From: Spirochaetales bacterium
GTDB lineage: Bacteria; Spirochaetota; Spirochaetia; UBA9216
Direction of reading: 5' to 3'
NCBI GenBank assembly: GCA_016839055.1
Contig: JAEKNX010000006.1
Coordinates: 242,864 to 306,863, forward strand
DNA: 64,000 nt
The notes under the pieces are model-generated. The model was not told the origin of the DNA. It worked only from the letters and a program-made list of their open reading frames with translations, and ran no database searches. Positions 37,206 to 47,183 of this stretch are shown here, piece after piece; the first letter of the stretch is position 1, and every line of letters starts with the position of its first letter. A program made the position numbers and the translations under genes.

Positions 37206-39272
37206 TTATTCTATTTTATTCGTCTTAACCAGATAGTCGTACACTGCGTCCTGTGACCGGACAATCTTAGTCTCCTTGTCGGCATGTTTTACCAGGTTGC
37301 TCATTTCCGGGTCGAGAATTCTTGCCTTATAATTATCCTGCCATTGAATCTCGAAAATATCCTTCAGCTTTTTTTTCAGGTTCGACTGATAGATAGGGCA
37401 GGTTACTTCGACTCGGCGGTCAATGTTCCTCGTCTGCCAGTCTGCGGAGCCGATGAAGGTCAGATTTTCTCCCTCATGGCTGAAGATGCAGAACCGCGAA
37501 TGTTCGAGGTATTTATCTACAATGCTTATGGCCTCGATGTTTTCACTTAATCCGGAGATTCCCGGGGTCATTATAAATCTGCTGCGACAGATGAGTTGGA
37601 TCTTTACCCCGACTTGTGAGGCCTCATAGAGTTTTTCTCCAAGCTGCTTATCGGCAAGGTTGTTGATCTTTATTTTAATCCAGGCTTCTTTATTCATTTT
37701 TGCCTGTTTAATCTCAAAATCAATAAGAGAGTTCAATCTTTTTCGCGCGTTTACGGGGGAAACGAGAAGGTGCTTGAATATTCCGTTGTAATTAATATTT
37801 CTTTCCAGAAAATCAAAGAGATTACTAACCTCATTGCCAATTTCCTGATCAGAAGTCAGGAGGCAACAGTCGGTGTAGAGTCTAGCTGTATCCTCATTGA
37901 AATTGCCTGTCCCGATACTGCAGTAGCGTACAAGCTGCTTTTTCTCTCTCCGGGTGATCATGCAGAGTTTTGAATGTACCTTGAGCCCGCTTATGCCAAA
38001 GAGAATTTTCACTCCTTCGTTCTTAAGTCTGTTTGCCCAGTATATATTGTTTTCTTCATCAAATCGGGCCTGGAGCTCAAGCAGTACGGTAACATCCTTT
38101 CCATTTCTTCTTGCGTTTATCAGCGCATTTGCGATACTTGAGAACTTGGCAACCCGGTATAGGGTTATTTTAATACTCTCTACTCCCGGATCAATCGATG
38201 CATCTCTGATGAAATCGATCATCGTGCTGAAAGTGTGGTATGGAAAAAACAGGAGAATATCCCGCTTCTTAATTGAAGAGAATATCCGCTTCGACTGGTC
38301 GATGCTGGAATGCCTGAAGGGCTGATTGAGGGTAGTTGTCGGTAGACCGGCAACAGCTGGAAGGCTCAGAAGATCTTTAAGTTTATGATACCGGCCTCCT
38401 GCTGACAGAGTGTCCAGCCGGTGCATTCTGTTCTTTTTGATGAAAAGGTTCAGCATTTTGGCAGGCATTTTCTGATCATAAACGAGCCGGATTATACCAC
38501 CCTCTTTTCTCCTTCTAACTCCTTCAGAGATCTTGTTCAGATAACTTACTGAGATGTCATCCTCATCAATGTCTAGTTCGGCGTCCCGGGTGATTTTGAA
38601 ATTATAGGAGTGATAGCTGTTGAAGTTGTGAACCGAGTAGATGCCCGGAAGTCCGAATCTTACGACCTCGTCTATCATTATTATGTGGGTCTCATCTTCT
38701 GAGTAGGGAAGCCTAAGGAAGCGGGGCAGGGCCCTCGTTGGTATTTCGATGATACTATATTTGGTTGTTGATTTGTTTTTCTTCTGCAGCTCGACGGCAA
38801 GATATAATGAATTATCTTTCAGATATGGAAACTCAAAACGGTTATCCAGGATCATCGGGAAAATCTGAGGTCTGACATGGTCGTAAAAATAATTAAGGAC
38901 AAATTCCTGCTGTTTTTCATTCAGTTTGTTTTTATTAAGGATGAAGATTTTTTCATCTTTCAGTTCTTCCATTAATCCTGCATACAGTGTTTCGGTACGC
39001 TCACGCTGCTCGTGAACAATTCGCTGGACTTCCCGCATGACTTCCTCAGGATCCTCGGCGAGATAGCGTCGGTTGTTACCGCTCATTAAGCAAAACTTCT
39101 TTAGCATAGCAACTCTTACCCTGAAAAATTCATCCTGGTTGGATGAGAATATGCCGAGAAATTTTATTCTGTCTCCAAGAAGGTTTCGCTTGTCTTCGGC
39201 TTCCTGGAGGACTCTTTCATTGAAGGAGAGCCAGCTGACTTCTTTATTGATAAAACGCTTGTTTGTTTCCAT
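37206..39272 (-). CDS. ppk1: Polyphosphate kinase 1
   Basis: SWLSFNERVL, DEFFRVRVA, TLYRVA, ELQARFDEENN, LKVHSK, GTGNFN, LEHSR, RRVE. Confidence 0.96.
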   Translation of the reverse strand: METNKRFINKEVSWLSFNERVLQEAEDKRNLLGDRIKFLGIFSSNQDEFFRVRVAMLKKFCLMSGNNRRYLAEDPEEVMREVQRIVHEQRERTETLYAGLMEELKDEKIFILNKNKLNEKQQEFVLNYFYDHVRPQIFPMILDNRFEFPYLKDNSLYLAVELQKKNKSTTKYSIIEIPTRALPRFLRLPYSEDETHIIMIDEVVRFGLPGIYSVHNFNSYHSYNFKITRDAELDIDEDDISVSYLNKISEGVRRRKEGGIIRLVYDQKMPAKMLNLFIKKNRMHRLDTLSAGGRYHKLKDLLSLPAVAGLPTTTLNQPFRHSSIDQSKRIFSSIKKRDILLFFPYHTFSTMIDFIRDASIDPGVESIKITLYRVAKFSSIANALINARRNGKDVTVLLELQARFDEENNIYWANRLKNEGVKILFGISGLKVHSKLCMITRREKKQLVRYCSIGTGNFNEDTARLYTDCCLLTSDQEIGNEVSNLFDFLERNINYNGIFKHLLVSPVNARKRLNSLIDFEIKQAKMNKEAWIKIKINNLADKQLGEKLYEASQVGVKIQLICRSRFIMTPGISGLSENIEAISIVDKYLEHSRFCIFSHEGENLTFIGSADWQTRNIDRRVEVTCPIYQSNLKKKLKDIFEIQWQDNYKARILDPEMSNLVKHADKETKIVRSQDAVYDYLVKTNKIE

Positions 39273-39290
39273 TCTTTAACTTCTTCCGGA

Positions 39291-40352
39291 TTAGAGTTTC
39301 GCGCCGAAGCAGGTGTCCAGTGAGCGCGCGTGCTGAATAAGAGGGTAATCATCAGGAACAAGTTTCAGTTTACCTGCCACCTCGCTAAGCGGCAGTGATA
39401 TCAGCTTTCGGTTATGGATAGCCGCCATCTCACCAAATTTTCCTTCAGAAATCATCTGCGCGGCATGAGCACCGAGTTCGGTTGCAAGTATCCTGTCCGC
39501 GGGAGATGGGGACCCCCCCCTCTGGATGTAGCCGAGGATTGTTTCTCTGGTTTCAAGACCTGTATCGCTCTGGATCAGATCTGAGATATAGGCCCCCGCA
39601 GAGATATGCCGCTTATTCTCTGTTTTTTTCAGGGGGATTTTGATGCCTTCCGCGACAACAACAATAGAATACGGCTTGCCTTCGTCATAGCGTCTGAGTA
39701 TGTAATTTTTAATAATTTCCCGCTTAAACGGAATTTCCGGAATAAGGATGACGTCACCCCCGCCCGCGACTCCAGAGAAGAGGGTGAGCCAGCCGGCCTG
39801 ATGACCCATCACCTCAACAACCATTATCCGTTTATGGGAGTTGGCGGTTGAATGAACCCGGTCTATGGCTTCGGTGGCAATATTGACTGCAGAATCGAAC
39901 CCAAACGTAACGTCTGTTCCCCATACATCATTATCGATGGTTTTAGGAATGCCTATCGTATTTATTCCGGCTTCATATAGTTTTGAGGCGGTTTTCATTG
40001 TACCGTTGCCTCCTATGCAGACCACACAGTCAAGGCCGAGATTGTTGTAGTTTTCTTTTATCTGTTCCGGTTTGCTTTGTACGTAGTTGTTGTATTCATC
40101 ATGTTTGAAGGGCTTTTCTCTCGAAGTTCCAAGGATGGTGCCGCCGACAGTCAGTATGCCGGAGAGATCTCTGACTGACAGTTTTTTAAACTCGCCGTTT
40201 ACAAGGCCGAGATAGCCTGATGAAAAACCATAGACCTCCATTCCGTATTTCAGTGCTGCCGTCTTTCCGACGCCTCTAATCGCGGCGTTTAGTCCGGGAC
40301 AGTCGCCGCCTGCTGTCAGGATTCCAATTTTCATTCCCTTTGTTGAGGTCAT
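39291..40352 (-). CDS. pfkA: 6-phosphofructokinase (group III / mixed-substrate type)
   Basis: GGDCPGLNA, GGTILGTSR, GGNGT, PKTIDND, EVMG, LGYIQRGG. Confidence 0.92.
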   Translation of the reverse strand: MTSTKGMKIGILTAGGDCPGLNAAIRGVGKTAALKYGMEVYGFSSGYLGLVNGEFKKLSVRDLSGILTVGGTILGTSREKPFKHDEYNNYVQSKPEQIKENYNNLGLDCVVCIGGNGTMKTASKLYEAGINTIGIPKTIDNDVWGTDVTFGFDSAVNIATEAIDRVHSTANSHKRIMVVEVMGHQAGWLTLFSGVAGGGDVILIPEIPFKREIIKNYILRRYDEGKPYSIVVVAEGIKIPLKKTENKRHISAGAYISDLIQSDTGLETRETILGYIQRGGSPSPADRILATELGAHAAQMISEGKFGEMAAIHNRKLISLPLSEVAGKLKLVPDDYPLIQHARSLDTCFGAKL

Positions 40353-40452
40353 GGCTTCACTCCGTTTTATTGGTTCAACTCTAATTCTAATTCTATTTAA
40401 AATTGATAGATTATGCCAATTAATTATTCATGAATATCAATCATTTCGCGAA

Positions 40453-41358
40453 TTAGCGCGATGTAGGGGATATTACCGGAACGCAGATATCGACAATCGA
40501 ACTGTATTTATCAGGATTATCTATTTTGTTCGGATAGAGTTCGAAGCAGTGTCCATCCGCCGGCAGGAGTCCGAGCTTCGGCAGCCAGTATCGGTAGACC
40601 TGGTTCCAGGCCGTTCCGTACTGATCATCTCTCAGGCGATATCTACAGACAAGATATTCGCCGCCCTGAAGCTGCATCTTGTCGAAGTCGCCTCCGGTTT
40701 TTGTTGTCTCGGGAACTGATATTCCAAGCGATATCCTGAGGCGGTTGTCGTCGGTAATCTCGGTCGGATCATTATAGACTACGATATTTTCACATTCCGG
40801 TGTCAGCAGGTTTTTGGATGCGGCCCAGGATGTGAGTTTATTGTAGAGATAGATAAAAAGCGATGAATCACCGGCATAGGCGCCGGTGTGCCGGATGAAG
40901 GCAATGGAAAAACCGTCAAGTTTCCTTATCTCGAAGGACAGGGCCTTGACTTCTCCGTCAACCTTTTTCCCCGGCCTGATTGCAGGATAAGCCGCTTCCA
41001 GCTCTCCCTGATGTCCTGTTTTGTTTTTATTCTTTCTCCATCCTGAAGGCGAGATTGAAAATCTCTTTTTAAATGCCGCGCTGAACCCTGTTGCGTCTTC
41101 AAATCCGGAGGCAAGGGCAAGGTTTGCAATTGATACTGATGAATCGGTTAAAAGAGTTTCTGCCGCTTTTTCGATACTCAGTCTAACTATGGTTTCATAG
41201 AGTGATTCATCGGTGAAAGCATGGAATATACGGTGGAAATGGAATTTTGACAAACCCGCCGCATCGGAGATCTCTTCGAGGCTGAGTTTTCTTCCTAGAT
41301 TATTCCTGATAAAATCAATCGTTGAATTTATTTTTTCTATATATATTTTCTCACTCAT
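40453..41358 (-). CDS. AraC-family regulator with a GyrI-like effector domain
   Basis: LSKFHFHRIF, GFEDATGFSAAFKKRFSISPS; C-terminal RHTGAY...WLP...FELY. Confidence 0.88.
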   Translation of the reverse strand: MSEKIYIEKINSTIDFIRNNLGRKLSLEEISDAAGLSKFHFHRIFHAFTDESLYETIVRLSIEKAAETLLTDSSVSIANLALASGFEDATGFSAAFKKRFSISPSGWRKNKNKTGHQGELEAAYPAIRPGKKVDGEVKALSFEIRKLDGFSIAFIRHTGAYAGDSSLFIYLYNKLTSWAASKNLLTPECENIVVYNDPTEITDDNRLRISLGISVPETTKTGGDFDKMQLQGGEYLVCRYRLRDDQYGTAWNQVYRYWLPKLGLLPADGHCFELYPNKIDNPDKYSSIVDICVPVISPTSR

Positions 41359-41516
41359 TATTATCATTATATCATAATAAAAAGAGTCAGTTATACCGAA
41401 TTAAGCGGCAGCTGGATATTTTTTAAGCTTTGAATTGACGCCTTCCCGCCCTTGCGTCCTCCCGAGACCGCTGCCGAACTCTATCTGAAGCAGATCCTCC
41501 GGGTTCCTTTCGATTC

Positions 41517-41556
41517 AAAACGGTGATAGTTCCTCCTGTCGGATTAACTATCACCG
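41517..41556 (-). terminator. Rho-independent terminator of the lipoprotein gene
   Basis: cggtgatagtt...aactatcaccg 11-bp inverted repeat, followed by TTTT on the minus strand. Confidence 0.7.
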
Positions 41557-41573
41557 CCGAGAATGAGTTAATC

Positions 41574-42728
41574 TTAGTCCGCGAGGAAGGTGAAGGTTGT
41601 CCCGGGAGCCGAGCTCAGGGCCTTGATTGCGGCAGGAGTCAGCGAGAAGGTCAGCGTCCCGGTGTCTCCAAGAACATAGGCTGCGTCGGCCGGAAAGGTT
41701 GTTGCGTTTCCCATATAACCTGCAACCGAATCGTAGGCTATAGGGTTGGTCAGGCTGAGCACGAACTCTATGTCATCAGGAATATCCGCCGTATCCATAC
41801 CGGATAGTGTCGTTCCAAGGCTTGTTCCGTCCGTGATTGTTCCGGGAGTCTGGCTAAGCAGTGAATCAAGATCCACACTATTTTCAGTTTCGAGCCATAT
41901 AAACAGAATATCGAGAAATGAGTTTTTGATATTCTGTGCTTCGGTTACAGTCGTCACCGTTGAGAGAGGGAAGTAGAGGGCCACCTTTGCCTTTGTGCCG
42001 TCGCTGCTTGTGAATGCCTTGAACATATAGGTCCGGTCGGAGGTATAGTTCTGGGTATAAGTTACGTGTCCGCCGAAGACGAAGTTGTAACTCACCCCGC
42101 CCTCGAAGATGATATTGCCTGAGGCATTCTTGGTCGCGTTAAAGTATAGGCTGACAGGGTAGGTGTCCTCGGCCGTGCCTGGGCTTATTATCATCCAGCC
42201 TTGTAATACCGGAAAGGTTCCTGTCTCATCATAAAAAACCTTAATCTTCTCGAGAGAGCTCGTCGCGTCTTCCTCGCTGTAGTATATTACTCCCTTCACC
42301 GTGCCTGGTGTGTAGTTAATCTGAAGATAGGGGGCTACCGATCCGCTCGAAGTGAACTCAATTCTTTTGGAATAAACGCGTGCGGTTTCTGTTGTAACAA
42401 CAACGGTGTCGCCATTGTCCTGAGTTCCTGTCCATGAATCCGGAACGACCACCGCGTTTAGGGCATCTATTATACTATTGACGTTTGTAAGGACTTCTTC
42501 CGCAATTTTGAGTGAGTTGCGAAACGGTTCAAAGAAATCATCTGCGGTTCCTCCTGCAGATGTTGCCCTGGATGCTCCTTTTGCCTCTGGCTCGGTGAGG
42601 GCCTCCGGAACAGAAAGTGAAGATTTAGGAATATCACCAGTTGTGAGCGCTCCGTCACCGCAAGAAAAGAACATCGTCGAGAATGCGGCGATGAGAAATA
42701 ATAATAAAATATTTTTGGAAATTTTCAT
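41574..42728 (-). CDS. Hypothetical lipoprotein (Thr/Ser-rich)
   Basis: Lipobox MFFSC after a basic plus hydrophobic signal; AGGAGAGG RBS. Confidence 0.78.
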   Translation of the reverse strand: MKISKNILLLFLIAAFSTMFFSCGDGALTTGDIPKSSLSVPEALTEPEAKGASRATSAGGTADDFFEPFRNSLKIAEEVLTNVNSIIDALNAVVVPDSWTGTQDNGDTVVVTTETARVYSKRIEFTSSGSVAPYLQINYTPGTVKGVIYYSEEDATSSLEKIKVFYDETGTFPVLQGWMIISPGTAEDTYPVSLYFNATKNASGNIIFEGGVSYNFVFGGHVTYTQNYTSDRTYMFKAFTSSDGTKAKVALYFPLSTVTTVTEAQNIKNSFLDILFIWLETENSVDLDSLLSQTPGTITDGTSLGTTLSGMDTADIPDDIEFVLSLTNPIAYDSVAGYMGNATTFPADAAYVLGDTGTLTFSLTPAAIKALSSAPGTTFTFLAD

Positions 42729-42858
42729 AATCCTCTCCTGTAAATTAAATTAAATTCACATCCTGCTAATCAGATTATCAAGTATGTATAAGTGTAATAC
42801 ATATAGTTATTAATTCAAGTTTAGATGAGGGGAAAGTCGAGGGTTTTATCGGTCGGCG

Positions 42859-43743
42859 TTAAAATCCGGAAAGAACTTCAGTGATTGCCTCTACAAAGCC
42901 GGTTTCCCTGCCTAATCCTAGCATGCGGAGCCGCGAGGTATCAAGATGAGCGTCTAACGGCCGGGGAGCGGCATCCGGATCAGGGGTCGCCCTTTGAATC
43001 AGGTTTTTATCTATACCGAGGGCCTCGGCCATTACCAGGGCTATCTCGTATTTGGTGTAGGGTGTCTCGGCGCTCCAGTGGTAGATTCCGCTTATATCCT
43101 CACCCTGATAAAGCCTCTCGGCCATGCCGGTGATTACTTCCGCGATATCCTCGGTATGGGTCGGGTATCTGACAGCCTCATCATCATGAAACGAAGGTTT
43201 GTCGTAGGTTATGTTTTCGGCAATTACGGTAACGGCGCTTTCACCCAGGTGTTCGACATTACCATACAGAATTGGAAGGCGGAGAATTATCTGCCGGGAA
43301 CAGGTTGTAAGGCATATTATTTCCCCTTCCAGTTTCATTCTGCCGTAGGTGTTCAGCGGGTTCGGCTCGTCTTCGGTTCCATAGGGAGGATTAGTACCGT
43401 CGAAGACATAGTCGGTGGACAAGTAGAGAATGGCCGCCCCCCGGGCTTCTGCTGCTTCTGCGAGCGTGCTGACGGCCGAGACATTCAGTTTTTCGGCATC
43501 CGCCGGATTTTTTTTGACAACATCGGGACGACGTTCCGCGGCACAGTGGATTATCAGATCCGGGGACAGGTCAGACACCGCCTTTATAACTGCGCTGCTG
43601 TCTGTCAGGTTCAGTTTAATGAGATTGTCCGAGCTGCGTGAAAAGAATGTCCCTGCAAGCTCAAAACCCGCAGCACTTTCAGATAGAGATTTATAGACAG
43701 CTCTTCCGAGCAGGCCGGATGCCCCGGTTAGAAGTATTTTCAT
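42859..43743 (-). CDS. RmlD/MAT2B-like extended SDR oxidoreductase
   Basis: TGASGLLG, HCAAERRPD, STDYVFDG, YGRMK, LRLPILYG. Confidence 0.88.
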   Translation of the reverse strand: MKILLTGASGLLGRAVYKSLSESAAGFELAGTFFSRSSDNLIKLNLTDSSAVIKAVSDLSPDLIIHCAAERRPDVVKKNPADAEKLNVSAVSTLAEAAEARGAAILYLSTDYVFDGTNPPYGTEDEPNPLNTYGRMKLEGEIICLTTCSRQIILRLPILYGNVEHLGESAVTVIAENITYDKPSFHDDEAVRYPTHTEDIAEVITGMAERLYQGEDISGIYHWSAETPYTKYEIALVMAEALGIDKNLIQRATPDPDAAPRPLDAHLDTSRLRMLGLGRETGFVEAITEVLSGF

Positions 43744-43775
43744 GTCAGCTATTATATCATAGGTAGAGTCCCTTG

Positions 43776-45257
43776 TCAGAAGCTTAAGAAATAAGAAGTG
43801 CCGCTTTGGTTCTCTATTTTGAGTTTTCCCTCTATCTGGGCGGCGAGACTGCGGATAAGGTTCAGTCCGAGCCCCGGCGATTGTTCGTGAAGGATCCTGT
43901 CCGGAATTCCCCGGCCGTTGTCCGAGAGAACCAGGTGTTTGACTGGGCCTTCGGAAGAGAGTCTTATCGAGATTTTTAAGTCCGGATTGTCCGGGGCGGC
44001 ATATTTTACCGAATTTGTGATTATTTCGTTAGTCAAGAGTCCTATGCTCACGGCTTGCTCTATGCTGAAATCCATCTCTTCAATATTGAGCTCGAGGTTT
44101 ATTTTCTCGTCCATTCCGAGACTGTGGATTAAATATCTGGCCAGCTGTTTGAGATAAATACTGCTTGAAATACTCGAGAGATTGTCGCCCTGGTAGAGCA
44201 TCTGATGAATCAGACTGATTGATTCCATTCGGCCTATGCTTTCATTATAGGAATCTTTCAGCTCGCGGCTGGCGGATTTATCCTTCTGAAGGTTAAGGAG
44301 TGATATTACAATCTGCAGATTGTTCTTAATCCTATGGTTCATTTCCTTAATCAGCAGTTCCTTCTCTTCAAGGGAATTCTCCATTATCCGGAGATTTTCT
44401 TCTTTTATCTTGTCCCGCTCCGCAGCGGTTTTAATGAGTGTATTGTTTTTATCCGACATACTCCGGATTGTTTTATCGAAATTCTGCAATAGTAGTTCGG
44501 CATCGCTGTTTTTTTTAAACTTCGATGTCTCGATGTGAAGATTATCAAGATTAGGATCATCCTGAACCTTCAAAAAGCATGACGCAATGTACTGGACGGC
44601 AGATATAATCGGAGTAAGAACTACGGCGATGCTTGAAAAAAAGATGATAACAGAAAGTAGAAAGAATAAAATAGTCTGTCTGAAGTAGAATTTTCTGATT
44701 TGATCGAGATCTATGAAGTATAAACCCGTACCGATATAACATTCGAATTCTGGTAGTCCTACCACGTAGGATATTTTCGGATAGGGGCGGTTGGAGCCCG
44801 GCGGGAAATAACTGTAGGAGACATACCCCGGTTCAATCTTCGCCTGTCTGATAAGTTCGCGGATAATGTATTTACCGTCGGGATCTACTAACTCAAGCTG
44901 ATTGGATCCTTCGAGTGCTCTCTGGTAAGGCTGAACGAGCATGGTTCCGTCGTAGGAACTCATGAAGAGGTAGTTAGGCTGAATTGTATCTTCGTATGTG
45001 AACAATCTAATGTGATCGGTTATAAGACCCAGGGCCTTTTCTTTTGTAATATCTCCATCGGCGTATTGAGTCCGGTATACATCTATGCTGTTTAAACCTA
45101 GTGACACAAGTCTTTTCAGTTCATCCTTTCTGAGTTGGGTGCTCGATTGTTTAAACTGGACATCGAGCACTAAGATGAAAGAAATTAGTATGATAATATT
45201 AAGCAGACCGATTATGAGTAAATTTCTGGATGTTTTCTTAAGAGCAGAATATAGCAT
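43776..45257 (-). CDS. Cache-domain sensor histidine kinase (HisKA_2 type)
   Basis: Two TMs flanking a sCache-like domain (DPDGKYIIREL); EMNHRIKNNLQ; NEIITNSVKYA; DNGRG; GLGL. Confidence 0.88.
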   Translation of the reverse strand: MLYSALKKTSRNLLIIGLLNIIILISFILVLDVQFKQSSTQLRKDELKRLVSLGLNSIDVYRTQYADGDITKEKALGLITDHIRLFTYEDTIQPNYLFMSSYDGTMLVQPYQRALEGSNQLELVDPDGKYIIRELIRQAKIEPGYVSYSYFPPGSNRPYPKISYVVGLPEFECYIGTGLYFIDLDQIRKFYFRQTILFFLLSVIIFFSSIAVVLTPIISAVQYIASCFLKVQDDPNLDNLHIETSKFKKNSDAELLLQNFDKTIRSMSDKNNTLIKTAAERDKIKEENLRIMENSLEEKELLIKEMNHRIKNNLQIVISLLNLQKDKSASRELKDSYNESIGRMESISLIHQMLYQGDNLSSISSSIYLKQLARYLIHSLGMDEKINLELNIEEMDFSIEQAVSIGLLTNEIITNSVKYAAPDNPDLKISIRLSSEGPVKHLVLSDNGRGIPDRILHEQSPGLGLNLIRSLAAQIEGKLKIENQSGTSYFLSF

Positions 45258-45312
45258 ATACTATAGATTAGTAAATGACTTCCCAAATATCAATAAGATT
45301 TGGAAATTACCG

Positions 45313-45347
45313 AAAAAAAATCCGCAGATCCACCGGATCTGCGGATT
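45313..45347 (-). terminator. Rho-independent terminator after the ABC permease
   Basis: aatccgcagatcc-acc-ggatctgcggatt with a T run on the minus strand. Confidence 0.82.
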
Positions 45348-45357
45348 GAAAAGATTG

Positions 45358-46104
45358 TTAACTGTTGTCTTTCCTGTTGTCCCACCTGAAGAAGATGAGG
45401 GATAGAATAAGGGCTGCCGTACCCGTTCCCGTGAGAACAGCAATTGAAACAGCCGGACTGATGGAGGCTTCAGTCTGATACATGAAGGTTTTAAACAGGT
45501 TCATGCTGTGAGTCGACGGGAGGAATAATGCGAAGGGCTGAACCGAAGGTGGAAGCATCTTATACGGAATCATCAGCCCGCCGATAATCATCGAGGGGAT
45601 GAAGAAAACCTGTGACAGCATTGTCGCGGCCCTCGTGCTTGTCGAAATAACTCCTATAAGTACGCTGATTCCCGCGCAGCAGAATACGGTCAGAAGAAGT
45701 AAGGGTAGAATCGGCAGTATTGAGGCCGGGAATGGTGCACCGAACAAAAGCGGGGACAAAATTAGTATTACCGTTGACATAATGAGCATGTGGATTACCG
45801 ATGATAAGACCGGAAGGCTGATCAGGAAAATAGAAGGAACTCTGTTTACCCTGTAGCCCCTGTAGATTCCGCTTGTTCTGTCGTTTACTATCGGGTCGGG
45901 TATTCCGAGAAAGGTTGAAGCCATAACCGAGAAGATCAGCATTGCCGGAATCATGTCGTCAAGGAAGAGCGGGTTAAGCTGAGGCATTATGGCTCCCATC
46001 ATCAGGAAGAATCCCAGCGGGAAGAAATAATTCAGAAACAGCTGCTGTTTCTTTCTGAATCCTGACTTTGTTTCAAAAATGAAATGGAGGATGAAGGCTT
46101 TCAT
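45358..46104 (-). CDS. ABC-2 type exporter permease
   Basis: Six TM segments; PYKMLP...FLPSTH; overlaps the ATPase stop. Confidence 0.85.
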   Translation of the reverse strand: MKAFILHFIFETKSGFRKKQQLFLNYFFPLGFFLMMGAIMPQLNPLFLDDMIPAMLIFSVMASTFLGIPDPIVNDRTSGIYRGYRVNRVPSIFLISLPVLSSVIHMLIMSTVILILSPLLFGAPFPASILPILPLLLLTVFCCAGISVLIGVISTSTRAATMLSQVFFIPSMIIGGLMIPYKMLPPSVQPFALFLPSTHSMNLFKTFMYQTEASISPAVSIAVLTGTGTAALILSLIFFRWDNRKDNS

Positions 46105-47036
46105 GATACTACCTCTTTTATTTGTCCGCTGCCGTTTGTGATTTCTACGAATCTTTCTTCGAGAGACGGCCGCTCTATTCGGAGATCTATCAGCCTGTCG
46201 TCTTCGCGTTTGATGGTTTTAAGCAGGGCTGATATTGTTTTTTCAATATCGCGGCTGAACAGAACCGAATAATCATCATTGTGGTGGAAGCTCTCCACCT
46301 CAGGAATCTGCATGCTTAGGCCTGCTATTGTCTGCTTTTCGGTCTGCACTGTGATTCTTGAGAGCGAGCTGCCCGTCGCTGTGATTTCAACCGGAGAGCC
46401 TTCAGCCGCTACTCTGCCGTGGAGCAGAATTATTATCCTGTCTGAAAGGCTTTCCGCTTCGGCCATGTCATGGGTGGCAAGGATCACTGTTGTTCCTCCA
46501 GCCTTCAGTTCTCCGATAATTTTGTGAAGTTCAAGGCGGCTCTGCACATCCAGACCGGCTGTTGGTTCATCCAGAAACAGAATCTCGGGATTGTGGATTA
46601 TCGCCAGAGCGAGAGATAGTCTTCTTTTCTGTCCCGTGGACAGGTTGCAGTACTGGGTTTTTAGCTTTTCATGCAGCCCGAATCTGACGAGCAGATCCGT
46701 TCTGGCGGGAATTCCGCGATAGCCGCAGAAGAGGCGCATTGCCTCATCTACCGTGAGGTTCGAGGGCAGGGCGGAACTCTGGAGCTGAATTCCGACTCTA
46801 CCGTCTGTCCATCCGCGGCGGCTCCGGCCTAGGGGTTCTCCGTTTATTTCAATGCTTCCCCCATCGGCTCTCAAGATCCCTTCCATGCATTCAAGGCTCG
46901 TAGTTTTTCCGGCGCCGTTAGGTCCGAGAATACTCACGAGCTTTCCGCGCTCAATATTAAAACTTACACCGTCAACGGCTTTTGTTATGCCGTAATTTTT
47001 TTCCAGGTTCTTAACCCTGATAATATAATCTGTCAT
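46101..47036 (-). CDS. ABC exporter ATP-binding protein
   Basis: GPNGAGKTT, LSTGQKRR, LDEPTAGLD, THDMAEA, PSLEERF. Confidence 0.92.
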   Translation of the reverse strand: MTDYIIRVKNLEKNYGITKAVDGVSFNIERGKLVSILGPNGAGKTTSLECMEGILRADGGSIEINGEPLGRSRRGWTDGRVGIQLQSSALPSNLTVDEAMRLFCGYRGIPARTDLLVRFGLHEKLKTQYCNLSTGQKRRLSLALAIIHNPEILFLDEPTAGLDVQSRLELHKIIGELKAGGTTVILATHDMAEAESLSDRIIILLHGRVAAEGSPVEITATGSSLSRITVQTEKQTIAGLSMQIPEVESFHHNDDYSVLFSRDIEKTISALLKTIKREDDRLIDLRIERPSLEERFVEITNGSGQIKEVVS

Positions 47037-47183
47037 GGTTTTCTCCTTGTAAAGTTATTAAAACATACACAGCCTGTCTTCGCATCGTCCTGACTTCGAG
47101 AATCACCCTGTACCTTCGGACACTGTCCTTTATTTCTTTTTATCAAGGGTGACAATTCTCCCGGGCCGACTTATAATTTCATT

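Noticed and set aside
41400-41516. Riboswitch or small gene upstream of the AraC regulator
   Set aside because: GC-rich, but I found no recognisable aptamer motif and no ORF with a convincing start.
42994-43641. 215-aa + strand ORF and similar antisense ORFs (e.g. 13574-14320, 20490-21206)
   Set aside because: They lie entirely antisense to well-supported genes and show no motifs.
47037-47183. Response-regulator binding boxes between the ABC exporter and the kinase
   Set aside because: Only a weak imperfect palindrome (tgtaccttcggaca); not enough to call.
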